Shown one piece after another: positions 19,482 to 29,258 of a DNA stretch of 64,000 nucleotides (position 1 is the stretch's first letter; every line of letters begins with the position of its first letter). A model generated the notes under the pieces. The model made no database searches. It saw nothing but the letters and a program-made list of their open reading frames with translations, and was not told the DNA's origin. The stretch lies in contig CAVPIW010000012.1 in NCBI GenBank assembly GCA_963705105.1, positions 1 to 64,000 on the forward strand. The letters run 5' to 3'. Position numbers and translations under genes: made by a program. This stretch comes from an uncultured Nitrospiraceae bacterium. Its GTDB lineage: Bacteria; Nitrospirota; Thermodesulfovibrionia; Thermodesulfovibrionales; Dissulfurispiraceae.

Positions 19482-19715
19482 GACCGTAACATGCTGATAT
19501 TAAATATTAAAGATGGTATGTTCCCTGCGTGCGATCGAACGCTCTATGGAAATATTCCATAATCATTCCATTGAGGTCCTAAATGATCCACCACGTCTCA
19601 CATGACAAGGAAAAGGGCAGTCGGCAGTCGATAGTCAGCGGAAAGGGGCAGATAATCGAACGGAAAAACCAGAGGTGATTCAAACGTTAAGCGACAAATA
19701 ACATGGATGGATTGA

Positions 19716-19738
19716 CGGGCCGTTCGCCGAACGGCCCG
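19716..19738. terminator. Hairpin downstream of the PPIase gene
   Basis: cgggccgttc-gcc-gaacggcccg. Confidence 0.55.
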
Positions 19739-19764
19739 GGATGCTGCAGGGTGCGGTTGCTATC

Positions 19765-20184
19765 CTATGTGACGTCGGTGACTTCGACGTCGAAATGGAG
19801 GGTCTTGCCGGCGAGGGGGTGGTTGAAGTTCATGATCACTGACTCACTCCTCACCTCGGAGATCGTCGCCGGGATGGGCTGACCCTGCTGCCCTCTCGTG
19901 TAGAGGGTCATACCCGCCTCAGGCGTCAGGTCCGGCGGCAACTGGTTCCTCGGCACCTCTATCATGTTCCCCGGGTCCTCGTGCCCGTATCCTTCGTCGG
20001 GGCTGATCTCGAAAGCTTTCCTGTCGCCGACCTTCATGCCTTTGACCGCCGTCTCGAATCCCGGGATCACACCGCCTGCGCCGACCTTGAATTCCAGGGG
20101 CTCTCCCTGCCGGGAGCTGTCGATATTCCTGCCTTCTACGGTCAGGGTGTAATGGACCTTCACTGTCTTGCCGTCTTCTACCAC
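19765..20184 (-). CDS. FKBP-type peptidyl-prolyl isomerase (SlyD-like, no His tail)
   Basis: VKVHYTL, IPGFE, NFNHPLAGKTLHFDV motifs. Confidence 0.93.
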   Translation of the reverse strand: MVEDGKTVKVHYTLTVEGRNIDSSRQGEPLEFKVGAGGVIPGFETAVKGMKVGDRKAFEISPDEGYGHEDPGNMIEVPRNQLPPDLTPEAGMTLYTRGQQGQPIPATISEVRSESVIMNFNHPLAGKTLHFDVEVTDVT

Positions 20185-20415
20185 GTGAACCTCCTTATTT
20201 AATTTTTCCCCGGAGATGACTCCGGTTTTTCGGGATTTTATTCATGCCGTTTCTGCTCCTGCCTGAGAAATGAGGAGCTAAAAGAAGTTCAAGGAGGGAT
20301 CGTTACGGGTGGGCCACAGGACGATACTGCGGTTCACGCGCCGGACGGGCTCCGCTTACTTCATTATTCATAATATCACGAGTGTGCCGGAAAGTAAAAA
20401 TCGGAGGGAGGTCTG

Positions 20416-20620
20416 CCTTATCGTTGCAATACACTCCCGGGAAAGGCGGGGCGTATGCGCCGAAAACCTTGCTGCGGCGACACCTGTGTCAAAACAAAAG
20501 ACGGCATGTACGCCAATGGTCGATGACACAAAGAGCGGAATCCTGAAACACAAACCTGACGAGGCGTATCGTCGCCTTCAGCAAGGCTTTGAGGCGCTTC
20601 GCCCGCCTTTCTATGCAAGG
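20416..20620 (-). repeat. Modular MITE-like element, copy 4
   Basis: Reverse-complement near-copy of copy 3; flanks TCTG/TCTA. Confidence 0.9.
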
Positions 20621-20621
20621 T

Positions 20622-21578
20622 CTACTTTCGTCCGCCGGTGATTTCGAATTCGTTTGACACGGTATACAGGGGCATCTCCTCGAAAGGCCGCGAGCAGAAC
20701 TCCACCCTGACCCTGTATCTGCCCGGCGGCAAATCCCGCGGAAGGGAAAGGCGGATGAAACGGGATGCCTTCCTGTCTTTTATCACGAGACAGTCTGGTG
20801 AGTCACGGTGTTCAATCTCTGCCGTCGCAACCGGGTGGTCCCCCCCGGGGTCGGCGACGAAGGCGACGGTGCGCGTGATCCCGAACCCGAAGTCGCTCAC
20901 CGCAGACAATGAGAGCTTCATCCCGTCGCCTGTCCCGTATCGGTCGAAGTCCGTAGAGAGATGAATACGGCGATTGTAGTCGCTCTCCCCCGTTCTCACC
21001 TTCGATGTCCCTGCCTCCCAGAACCTCGGCCGCGCGGCATCGAGATGGACCGTGTCGCCGCCGTAATGCCCTGCACCGCAGCACTCTTTCTCTTTGATCA
21101 GCTCCCAGATTTTCTTCCCGTCGACGCCGTCGATTGTGAAGTCCAGGGCCATGCCGTCGATATGGGTGCTCGTCCTTGCCACGTTTCCGCCGCCGTCCCT
21201 GAGTTTGGAATTGTACTCCGGGCTCCGGTATCCGGATTTGAGATTGATCATCCTGCCGGGAGCGACGATGTCCGAGAAGTAATCGAGCATGAAGATGAGC
21301 CGCGGCGAAATGTGCTCATTCAGTGCTTTGGCGGGGAAACCGAAGACCCTGTCGATCATCGTGAACCCCTTTTCATTCAGGGTGCCGTCAGGATTGAGGA
21401 GGGAGACCTTCGCCTCCTTGCCGGTCTTGGCGTTCCTGATGTGGATCTTGCCGTCGCCCATGAGAAAGAAGCGCCCCGCTCCTGTCTCCCCTCCTGTCAG
21501 GGCAGGCAATGACAAAAGGAGGAGCATGAATGACGCTGCCAGGAAAAGGCCGCCGCGCTGTTTTTCCGTTACCCGCAT
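20622..21578 (-). CDS. DUF882/YcbK-like peptidase M15 family protein with C-terminal extension
   Basis: SGYRSPEYN..LR, S.H..GMALD and VHLD zinc-peptidase motifs; N-terminal signal or anchor. Confidence 0.85.
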   Translation of the reverse strand: MRVTEKQRGGLFLAASFMLLLLSLPALTGGETGAGRFFLMGDGKIHIRNAKTGKEAKVSLLNPDGTLNEKGFTMIDRVFGFPAKALNEHISPRLIFMLDYFSDIVAPGRMINLKSGYRSPEYNSKLRDGGGNVARTSTHIDGMALDFTIDGVDGKKIWELIKEKECCGAGHYGGDTVHLDAARPRFWEAGTSKVRTGESDYNRRIHLSTDFDRYGTGDGMKLSLSAVSDFGFGITRTVAFVADPGGDHPVATAEIEHRDSPDCLVIKDRKASRFIRLSLPRDLPPGRYRVRVEFCSRPFEEMPLYTVSNEFEITGGRK

Positions 21579-21740
21579 GGTTTGAGAAAGTATAAAGCCC
21601 CGGGCTGTTATTGGGCAAGTCGTCGCCCGCGATACGCGCCATCGCAGGTATGACGACTTCTTGTGAATCCATCAAGTTTGAAATGTTTTGCTGAAAAGTT
21701 ATTAAATATATACTTATTAAAAATTATTGGGGGTGTCGGA

Positions 21741-23090
21741 ATGGGTGACGTATTGAGCAAGGTGCAGGAGCTTGCGCTTCTCCATGACAAGATAGATCCG
21801 AGGATCGTCAAGGAAAAGAACATCAAGCTGGGCCTGAGGAATGAAGACGGCACCGGCGTTTTTGTCGGTATCACGAGCAAGGGGCAGGTTATCGGCTATG
21901 AAAAGGTCACCCGCGGTGACGGCACCGAAAAGGTCGTTCCCATTCCCGGGAAGCTCTACTATTGCGGCTATGACGTGGAGGACCTCGTCAGGGGAAAGGA
22001 AAAGGAAAGCCGCTTCGGCTTCGAAGAGACCGTCTACCTGTTGCTGACCGGGACGCTCCCGACGCAGGAGGACCTGAAGGGCTTTTCCCATGAGCTCGGA
22101 AAGAGGCGCTGCCTTCCGAAAGAAGCGAAGGAGATGATTCTCAACATGCCCCGGCACAACGATCAGATGGGTTCGCTCCATACTATCGTTTCGGCGATGC
22201 ATGTGTTCGACAAGAACCCGAATTCGACGGACATGAAGGACGTGACGAGGCAGTGCATCAGCCTGATCGCAAAGTTTCCGACGATCATAGCTTACAACCA
22301 CCAGGCTTCCGTGATGCCGGACAAGGACGTCGGCAGGCTGATCGACCCCGAGCCGAACCTCTCGACGGCCGAGAATTTCCTGTACCTGCTCACCGGCAAG
22401 AAGCCGGACCGGTTCACGGCGCAGCTCTTCGACACGATGCTGGTCTTTCACGCCGAGCACGGCGGGGGAAACAACTCGACCTTCTCGACGAGGTGCATAT
22501 CCTCATCGGGCGCCAACACCTATATGGCGCTGTGCGCCGGCGTCGGCTCCCTGTCGGGCCACCTCCACGGGGGAGCGAACGAATCGGTGGTGACGATGAT
22601 CAGCGATATCAAGCAGAAGGTGAAGAACTGGCAGAGCGATGATGAAATAGCGTCGTACCTCGAGAAGATCCTCGACAAGAAGGCCGGTGACAAGTCCGGG
22701 AAGATATACGGACTCGGCCATGCCGTCTACAGACTGTCCGATCCCCGGGCGGTGTTTCTGGAAAAGAGGGGGGAAGAACTTGCGAAGGCGAGCGGCAGAG
22801 AGAAGGAGTTCGACCTTTACAGGAGGATCGCACGAATCGCGCCGCTCATCGTTAAGGACAGAAAGGGCAAAGTGGTCTGCACGAATGTCGATTTTTACTC
22901 GGGATTCGTCTACGAATGCATGGGGATTCCGAAGGCGCTCTTTACACCGATATTCGCAATGGCGAGGGTTTCCGGGTGGTCCGCGCACAGGATCGAAGAG
23001 ATCGTCCAGGGGCGGATCATCAGGCCCTCCTTTGTGTCGTCGCTAAAGAAACTCCGGACTTATGTCCCTATTGCGAAAAGGGGCGTATAA
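21741..23090 (+). CDS. gltA: Citrate synthase
   Basis: HAEHGGGNNSTF, LHGGANE, GLGHAVY..SDPR, NVDFYSG and FAMARVSGW motifs. Confidence 0.93.
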   Translation: MGDVLSKVQELALLHDKIDPRIVKEKNIKLGLRNEDGTGVFVGITSKGQVIGYEKVTRGDGTEKVVPIPGKLYYCGYDVEDLVRGKEKESRFGFEETVYLLLTGTLPTQEDLKGFSHELGKRRCLPKEAKEMILNMPRHNDQMGSLHTIVSAMHVFDKNPNSTDMKDVTRQCISLIAKFPTIIAYNHQASVMPDKDVGRLIDPEPNLSTAENFLYLLTGKKPDRFTAQLFDTMLVFHAEHGGGNNSTFSTRCISSSGANTYMALCAGVGSLSGHLHGGANESVVTMISDIKQKVKNWQSDDEIASYLEKILDKKAGDKSGKIYGLGHAVYRLSDPRAVFLEKRGEELAKASGREKEFDLYRRIARIAPLIVKDRKGKVVCTNVDFYSGFVYECMGIPKALFTPIFAMARVSGWSAHRIEEIVQGRIIRPSFVSSLKKLRTYVPIAKRGV

Positions 23091-23112
23091 CAGAACCTTC
23101 CAGTTGAATGAA

Positions 23113-23321
23113 CCTTATCGTTGTAATACACGCCCGGAAAAGGCGGGGCGCATGCGCCGAAAACCTTGCTGCGGCGACACCTGTATCAAAACGAAAGACG
23201 AGGCATACGCCGATGTCAGGAGAATTGGACATCTTTTCCGACACTGACACTGACACTGACACTCACACTGTTTTCAGAGTGCTTCGCCCCGCCTTTCCGG
23301 ATGTCCTGTTGCAGCGATAGG
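23113..23321 (-). repeat. Modular MITE-like element, copy 5 (two right-type ends)
   Basis: ccttatcgttgtaatacacgcccggaaaaggcggggcg ... (gacact)n ... cgccccgcctttccggatgtcctgttgcagcgatagg, preceded by a left-end stub ccttccagttg at 23096. Confidence 0.88.
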
Positions 23322-23816
23322 GTGACCTTGGAGGAACGGACAACAAGCGCGCGCCCCGCGGCATTCCTTTACGCTCTTGGAATCTTCGTCTTCCTGTGCT
23401 TTTTCCCTGCGATCCCGGCGGCCCAGCAGGACGGTCAGGCGAAGAAGGGGCTTGCGACCGTCCGGATCCGCGGGACCGAGTACCGCGCCGAGGTCGCCAG
23501 GACTCCGGATCAGCAGATGAGAGGCCTGATGGGCCGTTCTTCCCTGGATAAAAAGGGGGGCATGATCTTCCTCTTCGAGAGGGCTGGGATCCAGCATTTC
23601 TGGATGAAGAACACGCTGATCCCCCTCGATATCATCTTCATCACGAAAGAGATGAGGATAGACAGCATCAGGACAATGGCGCCCTGCAGGGCGGACCCCT
23701 GCCCCGTGTATTCGAGTGCGGGGAAAGTGACCTGCGCTCTCGAAGTGAATGCGGGCGAAGCGGAAAAACGCGGGTTCAGGCCGGGAGACCCGGTGGTCAT
23801 AACATTTGACAAATAA
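23322..23816 (+). CDS. DUF192 family protein
   Basis: EVARTP..QMRGLM.R, GMIF, FWMKNTLIPLDIIF, LEVNAG motifs. Start uncertain. Confidence 0.88.
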   Translation: MTLEERTTSARPAAFLYALGIFVFLCFFPAIPAAQQDGQAKKGLATVRIRGTEYRAEVARTPDQQMRGLMGRSSLDKKGGMIFLFERAGIQHFWMKNTLIPLDIIFITKEMRIDSIRTMAPCRADPCPVYSSAGKVTCALEVNAGEAEKRGFRPGDPVVITFDK

Positions 23817-23846
23817 TCAGCGGCTTCCATATAAGGAGAGTGAACC

Positions 23847-24284
23847 ATGGAGAAAGTGAAGGAAGGAGACAAGGTCGCAATCAATTACACGATCACCCTC
23901 GATGACGGGTCGGTCTACGATTCGTCGGAGGCGAGCGGCGCCAGGACGTTTGTCATCGGTAAGGGCGAGACCTTCAATCTCCTCGAAAAGAACGTCATCG
24001 GCATGGCTCCCGGCGAGTCGAAGCGCGTATTCATCCCCTTTGACGAGGGCTACGGGCCCCATGACGAGGCGAAGGTCTTTCAGTTCAACAGGAGCAGGGC
24101 GCCGAAGGATTTCGATCCGATCGTGGGGGACCGTGTGGAGATGAAACGGGCCGACGGCACGTCCGTCCTCGTCACCGTCCTGGACAAGTCACCGGAGGTT
24201 ATCACCATGGACTGCAACCACCCCCTGGCAGGCAAGAACCTCGCTTTCGACGTGACGCTCCTGGAGATCCTCCCGAAGCCCTGA
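23847..24284 (+). CDS. FKBP-type peptidyl-prolyl isomerase
   Basis: GDKVAINYT..LDDG.VYDSS and DCNHPLAGKNLAFDV motifs. Confidence 0.92.
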   Translation: MEKVKEGDKVAINYTITLDDGSVYDSSEASGARTFVIGKGETFNLLEKNVIGMAPGESKRVFIPFDEGYGPHDEAKVFQFNRSRAPKDFDPIVGDRVEMKRADGTSVLVTVLDKSPEVITMDCNHPLAGKNLAFDVTLLEILPKP

Positions 24285-25490
24285 TCAGAGCTTGACGTAA
24301 ATATCGAGTTCACGCTCGCCGAAAAGGATCGCTTTCCGCGCAACCCTGACCCGGACCGTGTCACCCTTCTTGCGGTAAAAGAGGTGGAGCCTCATGTCCT
24401 CGACGGCCTCCACGGCATCGCCGTCAAGGGCCGTAATGACGTCACCCGCGGCGAGGCCGGCCTTCTCCGACGGGCTCTCGGGCGGAAAGCCCGTTATGAC
24501 GACCCTGTCTCCTTCCTCCTTCAGCAATACGCCCAGCTTCGGCGATGCCGGCTCCTCAAGAGCTTTCGGGAACAGGATGTAGTCGGCGATCTCCCTGTCG
24601 ACAGTCGTGTCGCTCACGATGATTGTGTAATCGAGGCCGTTTCTCCGGAACGCCCTCTTCGGGATGCCCGAACCGTAGGTGAGGTGTCCCGCCCCGGCGA
24701 TGACGATCATCGTCCCGTCTTTCCGGAAATCGGGGTTGTCGCTGAAATAACGGTCTATGGATTCCGCCATTGTTTCATCCCACAACACCTGGGATTGGAG
24801 AAAGAACTCGAAGTTCTTCGAACCTGAGTGCATCTTGAAGACATCCTTAAGCCTGTTCCGGTACGCCTCGTCGGAGAGGTCCATCTGAGAGGGGATCTCC
24901 TTCTTGTCCTCTTCGGAGAGGGATTCCACGCCGGAACGGGAGACCTTTTCCGTGATTTCACGCCGGGCATTGAGGGCGATGACAGGGATTCTTTCCTGAC
25001 GTGCGTAGTCGAGGATCGGCTTGTAGAGAGTAAAGTCGAAGACCCACCGCTTGAAGTATTCGGTCCGCTTCAGGAACTCCCGCTCATCGATCGTCCCCCC
25101 AATGTATGCGTCAAGGACGGGCTGGAAGGGACGCTGGAACATCTCCATGGCGATGGCGACAGGTTTCCCTTCTCTGTGCAGGGACCTGATCACCTCGAGC
25201 TGCACGGCGTGATGCGCCGCGCTTGTGTGGGACTCGCCGATATAGATGATCCGTTTGCCGGCAACGGCATCGATGACTTCTTTGAGGGTCTGCATCTCCG
25301 ACAGGTCGACGGCGGGCGTGTCGCCGATGGGCTTATCTTTCTCGGCGGGCTTTTCGGACCCGTTGCTCCCGGTCTTTATTGCCGTCTCCTGCCCGTGATG
25401 CCCCGCCCCCTCGAAGGCGCATACCGTTGTGAAGGGAAACGTTAGAATGAAAATCATGAGAGCACGTATGATCATGTTTTTCCTTTCCAT
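24285..25490 (-). CDS. ChaN/DUF399-family protein with C-terminal PDZ domain
   Basis: IYIGESH...HH.VQL, AMEMF, QVLWDETMA, AGAGH...GSGIP; PDZ SPSEKAGL..GDVI. Confidence 0.85.
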   Translation of the reverse strand: MERKNMIIRALMIFILTFPFTTVCAFEGAGHHGQETAIKTGSNGSEKPAEKDKPIGDTPAVDLSEMQTLKEVIDAVAGKRIIYIGESHTSAAHHAVQLEVIRSLHREGKPVAIAMEMFQRPFQPVLDAYIGGTIDEREFLKRTEYFKRWVFDFTLYKPILDYARQERIPVIALNARREITEKVSRSGVESLSEEDKKEIPSQMDLSDEAYRNRLKDVFKMHSGSKNFEFFLQSQVLWDETMAESIDRYFSDNPDFRKDGTMIVIAGAGHLTYGSGIPKRAFRRNGLDYTIIVSDTTVDREIADYILFPKALEEPASPKLGVLLKEEGDRVVITGFPPESPSEKAGLAAGDVITALDGDAVEAVEDMRLHLFYRKKGDTVRVRVARKAILFGERELDIYVKL

Positions 25491-25677
25491 CCTGAGTTTG
25501 GGTCATTGAAAGCGTCAGCGTCAGCAAATAAATAGATTATATTATCCGCCGACTATCCACTTTCATTGTATATCAAATGACCCCGCAGCTGCAGAAAACG
25601 GCAGGACTGCCTCGTTTCAGAATATTTTAAACACCGATGATATACTATACAAAAAACTTCCGAACAGGGGTGATACC

Positions 25678-26799
25678 ATGTCGAAGGTCTATTTCGCGTC
25701 AGCGCGCGTCAGGAAATGGAAATACGCGGAGAGTATGCCGGGAAAGCTTGAAGGCCTCCTGAGGACGATGGATCTCTCCCGTTTCTTCGAAAAAGACGAC
25801 TGGGTGGCGCTCAAGACCCACTTCGGCTCCGAAGGGGCACACCGCATCGTCAGGCCCGTGTTCCTCAGGAGAATCGCCGATGCCGTAAAGGCCGCCGGGG
25901 CCAAGCCCTTTGTGACCGATACAGTCAGGATCAAGGGGCTCGATTACCTGGAGGTCGCCAATTACAACGGCATCAACCACCTTTCCGTCGGGGCGCCCGT
26001 CATCCTCGCCGACGGGATATACGGCCACGACAATATCATGGTGAAGGCCGGTGAGATCCTCGGCGAGATCGCCGTTGCGACGGCCATTTATGACGTGCCC
26101 GCCATGGTCGTCTGCACCCACGTGAAGGGACACATCAACGCCGGATATGCCGGGGCGATCAAGAACCTCGCGATGGGGGGCGTCAGCGCAGCCCATCGCC
26201 ATTGCGGCTGGAAGTGCGGACGGGGGGCGATGCACACGATCGGAGAGGGCAATCTCGTCTGGGACGAAGAGAAGTGTTCCCTCTGCCTCCAGTGCGAGGA
26301 GGTCTGCCCTCTCGAGTCCCTCCATTTCGAAGAGGAAAAGATCGCCTATGACAGCCAGAACTGCTGGCGCTGCGGACGGTGTTCGCGGGTCTGCCCGGAA
26401 GGGGCCCTTTCGCTGCCCGAAGACGACGAGCTCTTCCAGCGTTCCCTTGCCGAGGCAACGATGGCCGTGCTGAGCTCCTTCAAGCCCGGAAAGGTGCTGT
26501 ATCTTAATTTCCTCACCGAGATCCAGCCGGAGTGCGATTGCATGCCCGCTGCCGAGGTGCCCGTCATCCAGGATATCGGCATCCTCGCCTCCGACGACAT
26601 CGTCGCCATCGAGAAGGCCTCGGTGGACATGCTCCTCCAATCGAAACCCCTGCCCGGGTCCCTGGCCGAAGAGGAGGGTGTCAAGGACGGCGAAGACATC
26701 CTGCAGAGGCTCCACAAGAAGCCATACCTGCTTCAGATCAGTGAGGCGGAGAAACTCGGGCTGGGAACGGGGGAATACACGCTGGAGGTTCTGAAATAA
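25678..26799 (+). CDS. DUF362 protein with two 4Fe-4S ferredoxin motifs
   Basis: KTHFG, HVKGH...GAIKNLAMG, two CxxCxxCxxxCP motifs, PECDC, DIGILAS.D.VA. Confidence 0.9.
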   Translation: MSKVYFASARVRKWKYAESMPGKLEGLLRTMDLSRFFEKDDWVALKTHFGSEGAHRIVRPVFLRRIADAVKAAGAKPFVTDTVRIKGLDYLEVANYNGINHLSVGAPVILADGIYGHDNIMVKAGEILGEIAVATAIYDVPAMVVCTHVKGHINAGYAGAIKNLAMGGVSAAHRHCGWKCGRGAMHTIGEGNLVWDEEKCSLCLQCEEVCPLESLHFEEEKIAYDSQNCWRCGRCSRVCPEGALSLPEDDELFQRSLAEATMAVLSSFKPGKVLYLNFLTEIQPECDCMPAAEVPVIQDIGILASDDIVAIEKASVDMLLQSKPLPGSLAEEEGVKDGEDILQRLHKKPYLLQISEAEKLGLGTGEYTLEVLK

Positions 26800-26852
26800 A
26801 TGAGCTGCTGCCCGTGGGATTTGGGCAGCAGCTTAGGGGAGGTAACGAGGCG
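26795..26852 (-). ncRNA. Candidate small RNA with anti-SD seed and intrinsic terminator
   Basis: Minus-strand TTGACA-17-TATAAA (26887-26859), then GCCTCGTTACCTCCCC, an 11-bp hairpin and CATTTATTT; no ORF. Confidence 0.5.
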
Positions 26853-26915
26853 TATTTATTTATATCAGAAATAAATGCCTCTGTCAAGTACTTTTTTTAA
26901 AAAAGGTGCAAATTG

Positions 26916-27139
26916 CCTTCAGTGCAGGAAAAGGCGGGGCAAAGCTCTCTGAAAAAACAGTGTTTAGTGTGAGTGAAAGGAATAGTTCTGATATCTGCGC
27001 CCCCTCGTGTCAGTAAAAGGTTCACTTTTTTCAGCCGTTGTCCTGAAATGATCCGTATGGGAAGGCAAAGGTTTCGCAGCACCAAGGCTTTTCGGCATCT
27101 TCGCCCCGCCTTTCCGGATGTCCTATTGCAACGATAAGG
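26916..27139 (+). repeat. Modular MITE-like element, copy 6
   Basis: ccttcagtgcaggaaaaggcggggc ... gtatgggaaggcaaaggtttcgcagcacc ... cgccccgcctttccggatgtcctattgcaacgataagg. Confidence 0.88.
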
Positions 27140-27149
27140 TTTATTCATC

Positions 27150-28187
27150 ATGATCGAAATCGACGGCAGTTACGGCGAGGGGGGAGGGCAGGTGCTGAGG
27201 ACGGCCCTGAGCCTCTCGTGCCTCCTCGGAGCCCCTTTCCGGATCATTAATGTCAGGAAGTCCCGGAAAAAGCCCGGTCTCATGGCCCAGCATCTCACGG
27301 CGGTCCGAGCTGCCCAGCGCATATGCAGCGCCGTCGTGACAGGCGATACAATCGGTTCCGTTGAGCTTTCCTTCGCCCCGGGCAGGGTACGGGGAGGGTC
27401 CTTTTCCTTTGATATCGGCACTGCAGGCTCCACATCCCTCGTGCTACAGACAATCATCCCGTCAATGCTGTTCTCGGGGGACAGGTCTCGCATCGTCCTG
27501 ACGGGCGGCACCCACGTCCCCTTCAGCCCTTCCTTTCACTATCTGGCGGGCCCTTTTGCGACTGTGCTGGAACGTCTCGGCATCAGGATCACCCTGACCG
27601 CCGAATCCTGCGGCTTTTATCCCAAGGGAGGCGGCCGGGTCAGGGCGGACATCTCCCCTGTCCGGGAAATCGGTCCTTTGATGGTGGCGGAATGGGGTGA
27701 GCTCCGGGGGTTGCAGATCATCTCGGGCGTCGGCAACCTCCCCCTGTCCATTGCGGAGAGGCAGGCCGATGCCCTGATCCGCCGGATCGGGGAGGGGATT
27801 GGGCCTGTTGCCCATACGCAAGAGATACTGTCTGTGCCGACACCGGGACAGGGCACCTTCGTCCATATCGACGCCGTCTCCTCCCTGTCGCGGGCGGGAT
27901 TTACAGCCCTCGGCGAGCGGGGGAAGAGGGCCGAGGCGGTTGGGGAGGAGGCTGCCGACGCATTTCTTGCCTTCCGGAGAACGGGCGCCGGCCTTGACCG
28001 GCATCTGGCAGATCAGATCGTGCTCTATCTCGCTCTTTGCAGGGGCTTTTCCCGGTTCACCACGGAAATGATAACGCAGCACCTCCTGACAAACCTCCAT
28101 ATTATCAGTCTGTTTCATTCCTTCAGGTATGAAATCGAAGGTGGGCCGGGCGAGACGGGAACGGTTATGATCGATGGATGCGTCTGA
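27150..28187 (+). CDS. rtcA: RNA 3'-terminal phosphate cyclase
   Basis: MIEIDGSYGEGGGQVLRTALSLS, PGL..QHL, GGTHVP.SP, GFYPKGGG, HLADQ motifs. Confidence 0.96.
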   Translation: MIEIDGSYGEGGGQVLRTALSLSCLLGAPFRIINVRKSRKKPGLMAQHLTAVRAAQRICSAVVTGDTIGSVELSFAPGRVRGGSFSFDIGTAGSTSLVLQTIIPSMLFSGDRSRIVLTGGTHVPFSPSFHYLAGPFATVLERLGIRITLTAESCGFYPKGGGRVRADISPVREIGPLMVAEWGELRGLQIISGVGNLPLSIAERQADALIRRIGEGIGPVAHTQEILSVPTPGQGTFVHIDAVSSLSRAGFTALGERGKRAEAVGEEAADAFLAFRRTGAGLDRHLADQIVLYLALCRGFSRFTTEMITQHLLTNLHIISLFHSFRYEIEGGPGETGTVMIDGCV

Positions 28188-28276
28188 GTCGTGTATACAC
28201 CCTATCGCTGCAAACGCCCTCCTTTTTACGCAACTGTGAGGTGCATATGCATCGGAATAACCATGCGGAGGTTGTC

Positions 28277-28738
28277 ATGTACAGGATAATGCTCATGATG
28301 ACGATATTTTCCTTTGTTGTTGCCCTCTCTTCATGCACCGGCGGTCTGCATGTCCGCGAAATCGGAGAGGAGACAGTAGTCGAGCTCCCCTATGAGGTCA
28401 ACGGGGATCATGGCGTCGATCGTTCTCATCCCTGTCTCGAGGTGGTAGAGGCAGCCCTTACGAACGAGGATCGTCTCGTTGACGTTCGTTTTCGCCTCTA
28501 TGGGGTGAACAAGATTATCGTAAAGCCTGATTGGACCTATCTGCGTGATGAAAGGTCCGGAAAAAAGATAATCCTGAGGTGGAAGCCCAGGGTTGGGGTC
28601 TTTCCTCCTGTGAAACCGAAGGACGGGGTGCCGCTTTCCTATATCGTTTTTGACAATGAGGAAGGCATGATTGAGAGGGGTTCGCCGGTCACCGTCGTCA
28701 TTAACGGTATGCGGTTACGGCATGTGATTGTCAAGTGA
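28277..28738 (+). CDS. Hypothetical lipoprotein
   Basis: ggagg RBS and lipobox LSSC. Confidence 0.7.
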   Translation: MYRIMLMMTIFSFVVALSSCTGGLHVREIGEETVVELPYEVNGDHGVDRSHPCLEVVEAALTNEDRLVDVRFRLYGVNKIIVKPDWTYLRDERSGKKIILRWKPRVGVFPPVKPKDGVPLSYIVFDNEEGMIERGSPVTVVINGMRLRHVIVK

Positions 28739-28918
28739 GCACGGGGAGTTTTTCGGGAAAAAGAGCGCTCCTCGTGAAACGGCATGATCATCTCATCTCC
28801 CCACTCCCCGTCTGAGGTTCAGGCCGATCCATGACACGTCATGGGTAAGGAAAATCCTGAAAATTGCCGATAACATAATGACAAATCATCGACATCTATT
28901 ACCCGGAGGCTGCGGACG

Positions 28919-29200
28919 GTGAGTTTTGGAGAGAAGCTTCGGAGTCGTATATATCAGATCCTGCCGGTCGACCGTGACAAGAGGAAGGCCCGGAGGATTC
29001 CCGCCAACGAATACAACGAGTTCATGGACAGGCAGGGGCATGTCAGCGGGTGTTACGTCGTCAACATGAGCCACGACGGCATCTGTATTTCGACGGGCGC
29101 CAGCCTCCGCCTCGGCCAGACGATCACCTTCCTCAGGCCCTCATGCAGCGCCAGGGTGGTCTGGATTAAGGACGGACAAACCGGGCTGAAGTTCCTCTGA
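28919..29200 (+). CDS. Stand-alone PilZ-domain protein
   Basis: RKARR, NMSHDG, ARVVW and GLKF motifs; ggagg RBS. Confidence 0.8.
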   Translation: MSFGEKLRSRIYQILPVDRDKRKARRIPANEYNEFMDRQGHVSGCYVVNMSHDGICISTGASLRLGQTITFLRPSCSARVVWIKDGQTGLKFL

Positions 29201-29258
29201 TCCTCCTGCATCCCTGCCTGCCTTTCCCGTATCGTCGCCGTTCTGGTATCATTCAGGA

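Noticed and set aside
23230..23270. (gacact)n/(cagtgt)n hexamer runs and the dispersed repeats as a CRISPR array
   Set aside because: No regular repeat-spacer periodicity and no cas genes; the hexamers are an internal cassette of the MITE-like family.
23068..23320. Small ORFs with SVSVS/TDTDT/LTLTL runs (also near 20309-20641, 34150-34422, 49326-49580, 53800-54009)
   Set aside because: They are translations of the repeat element, and their frames are not conserved between copies.
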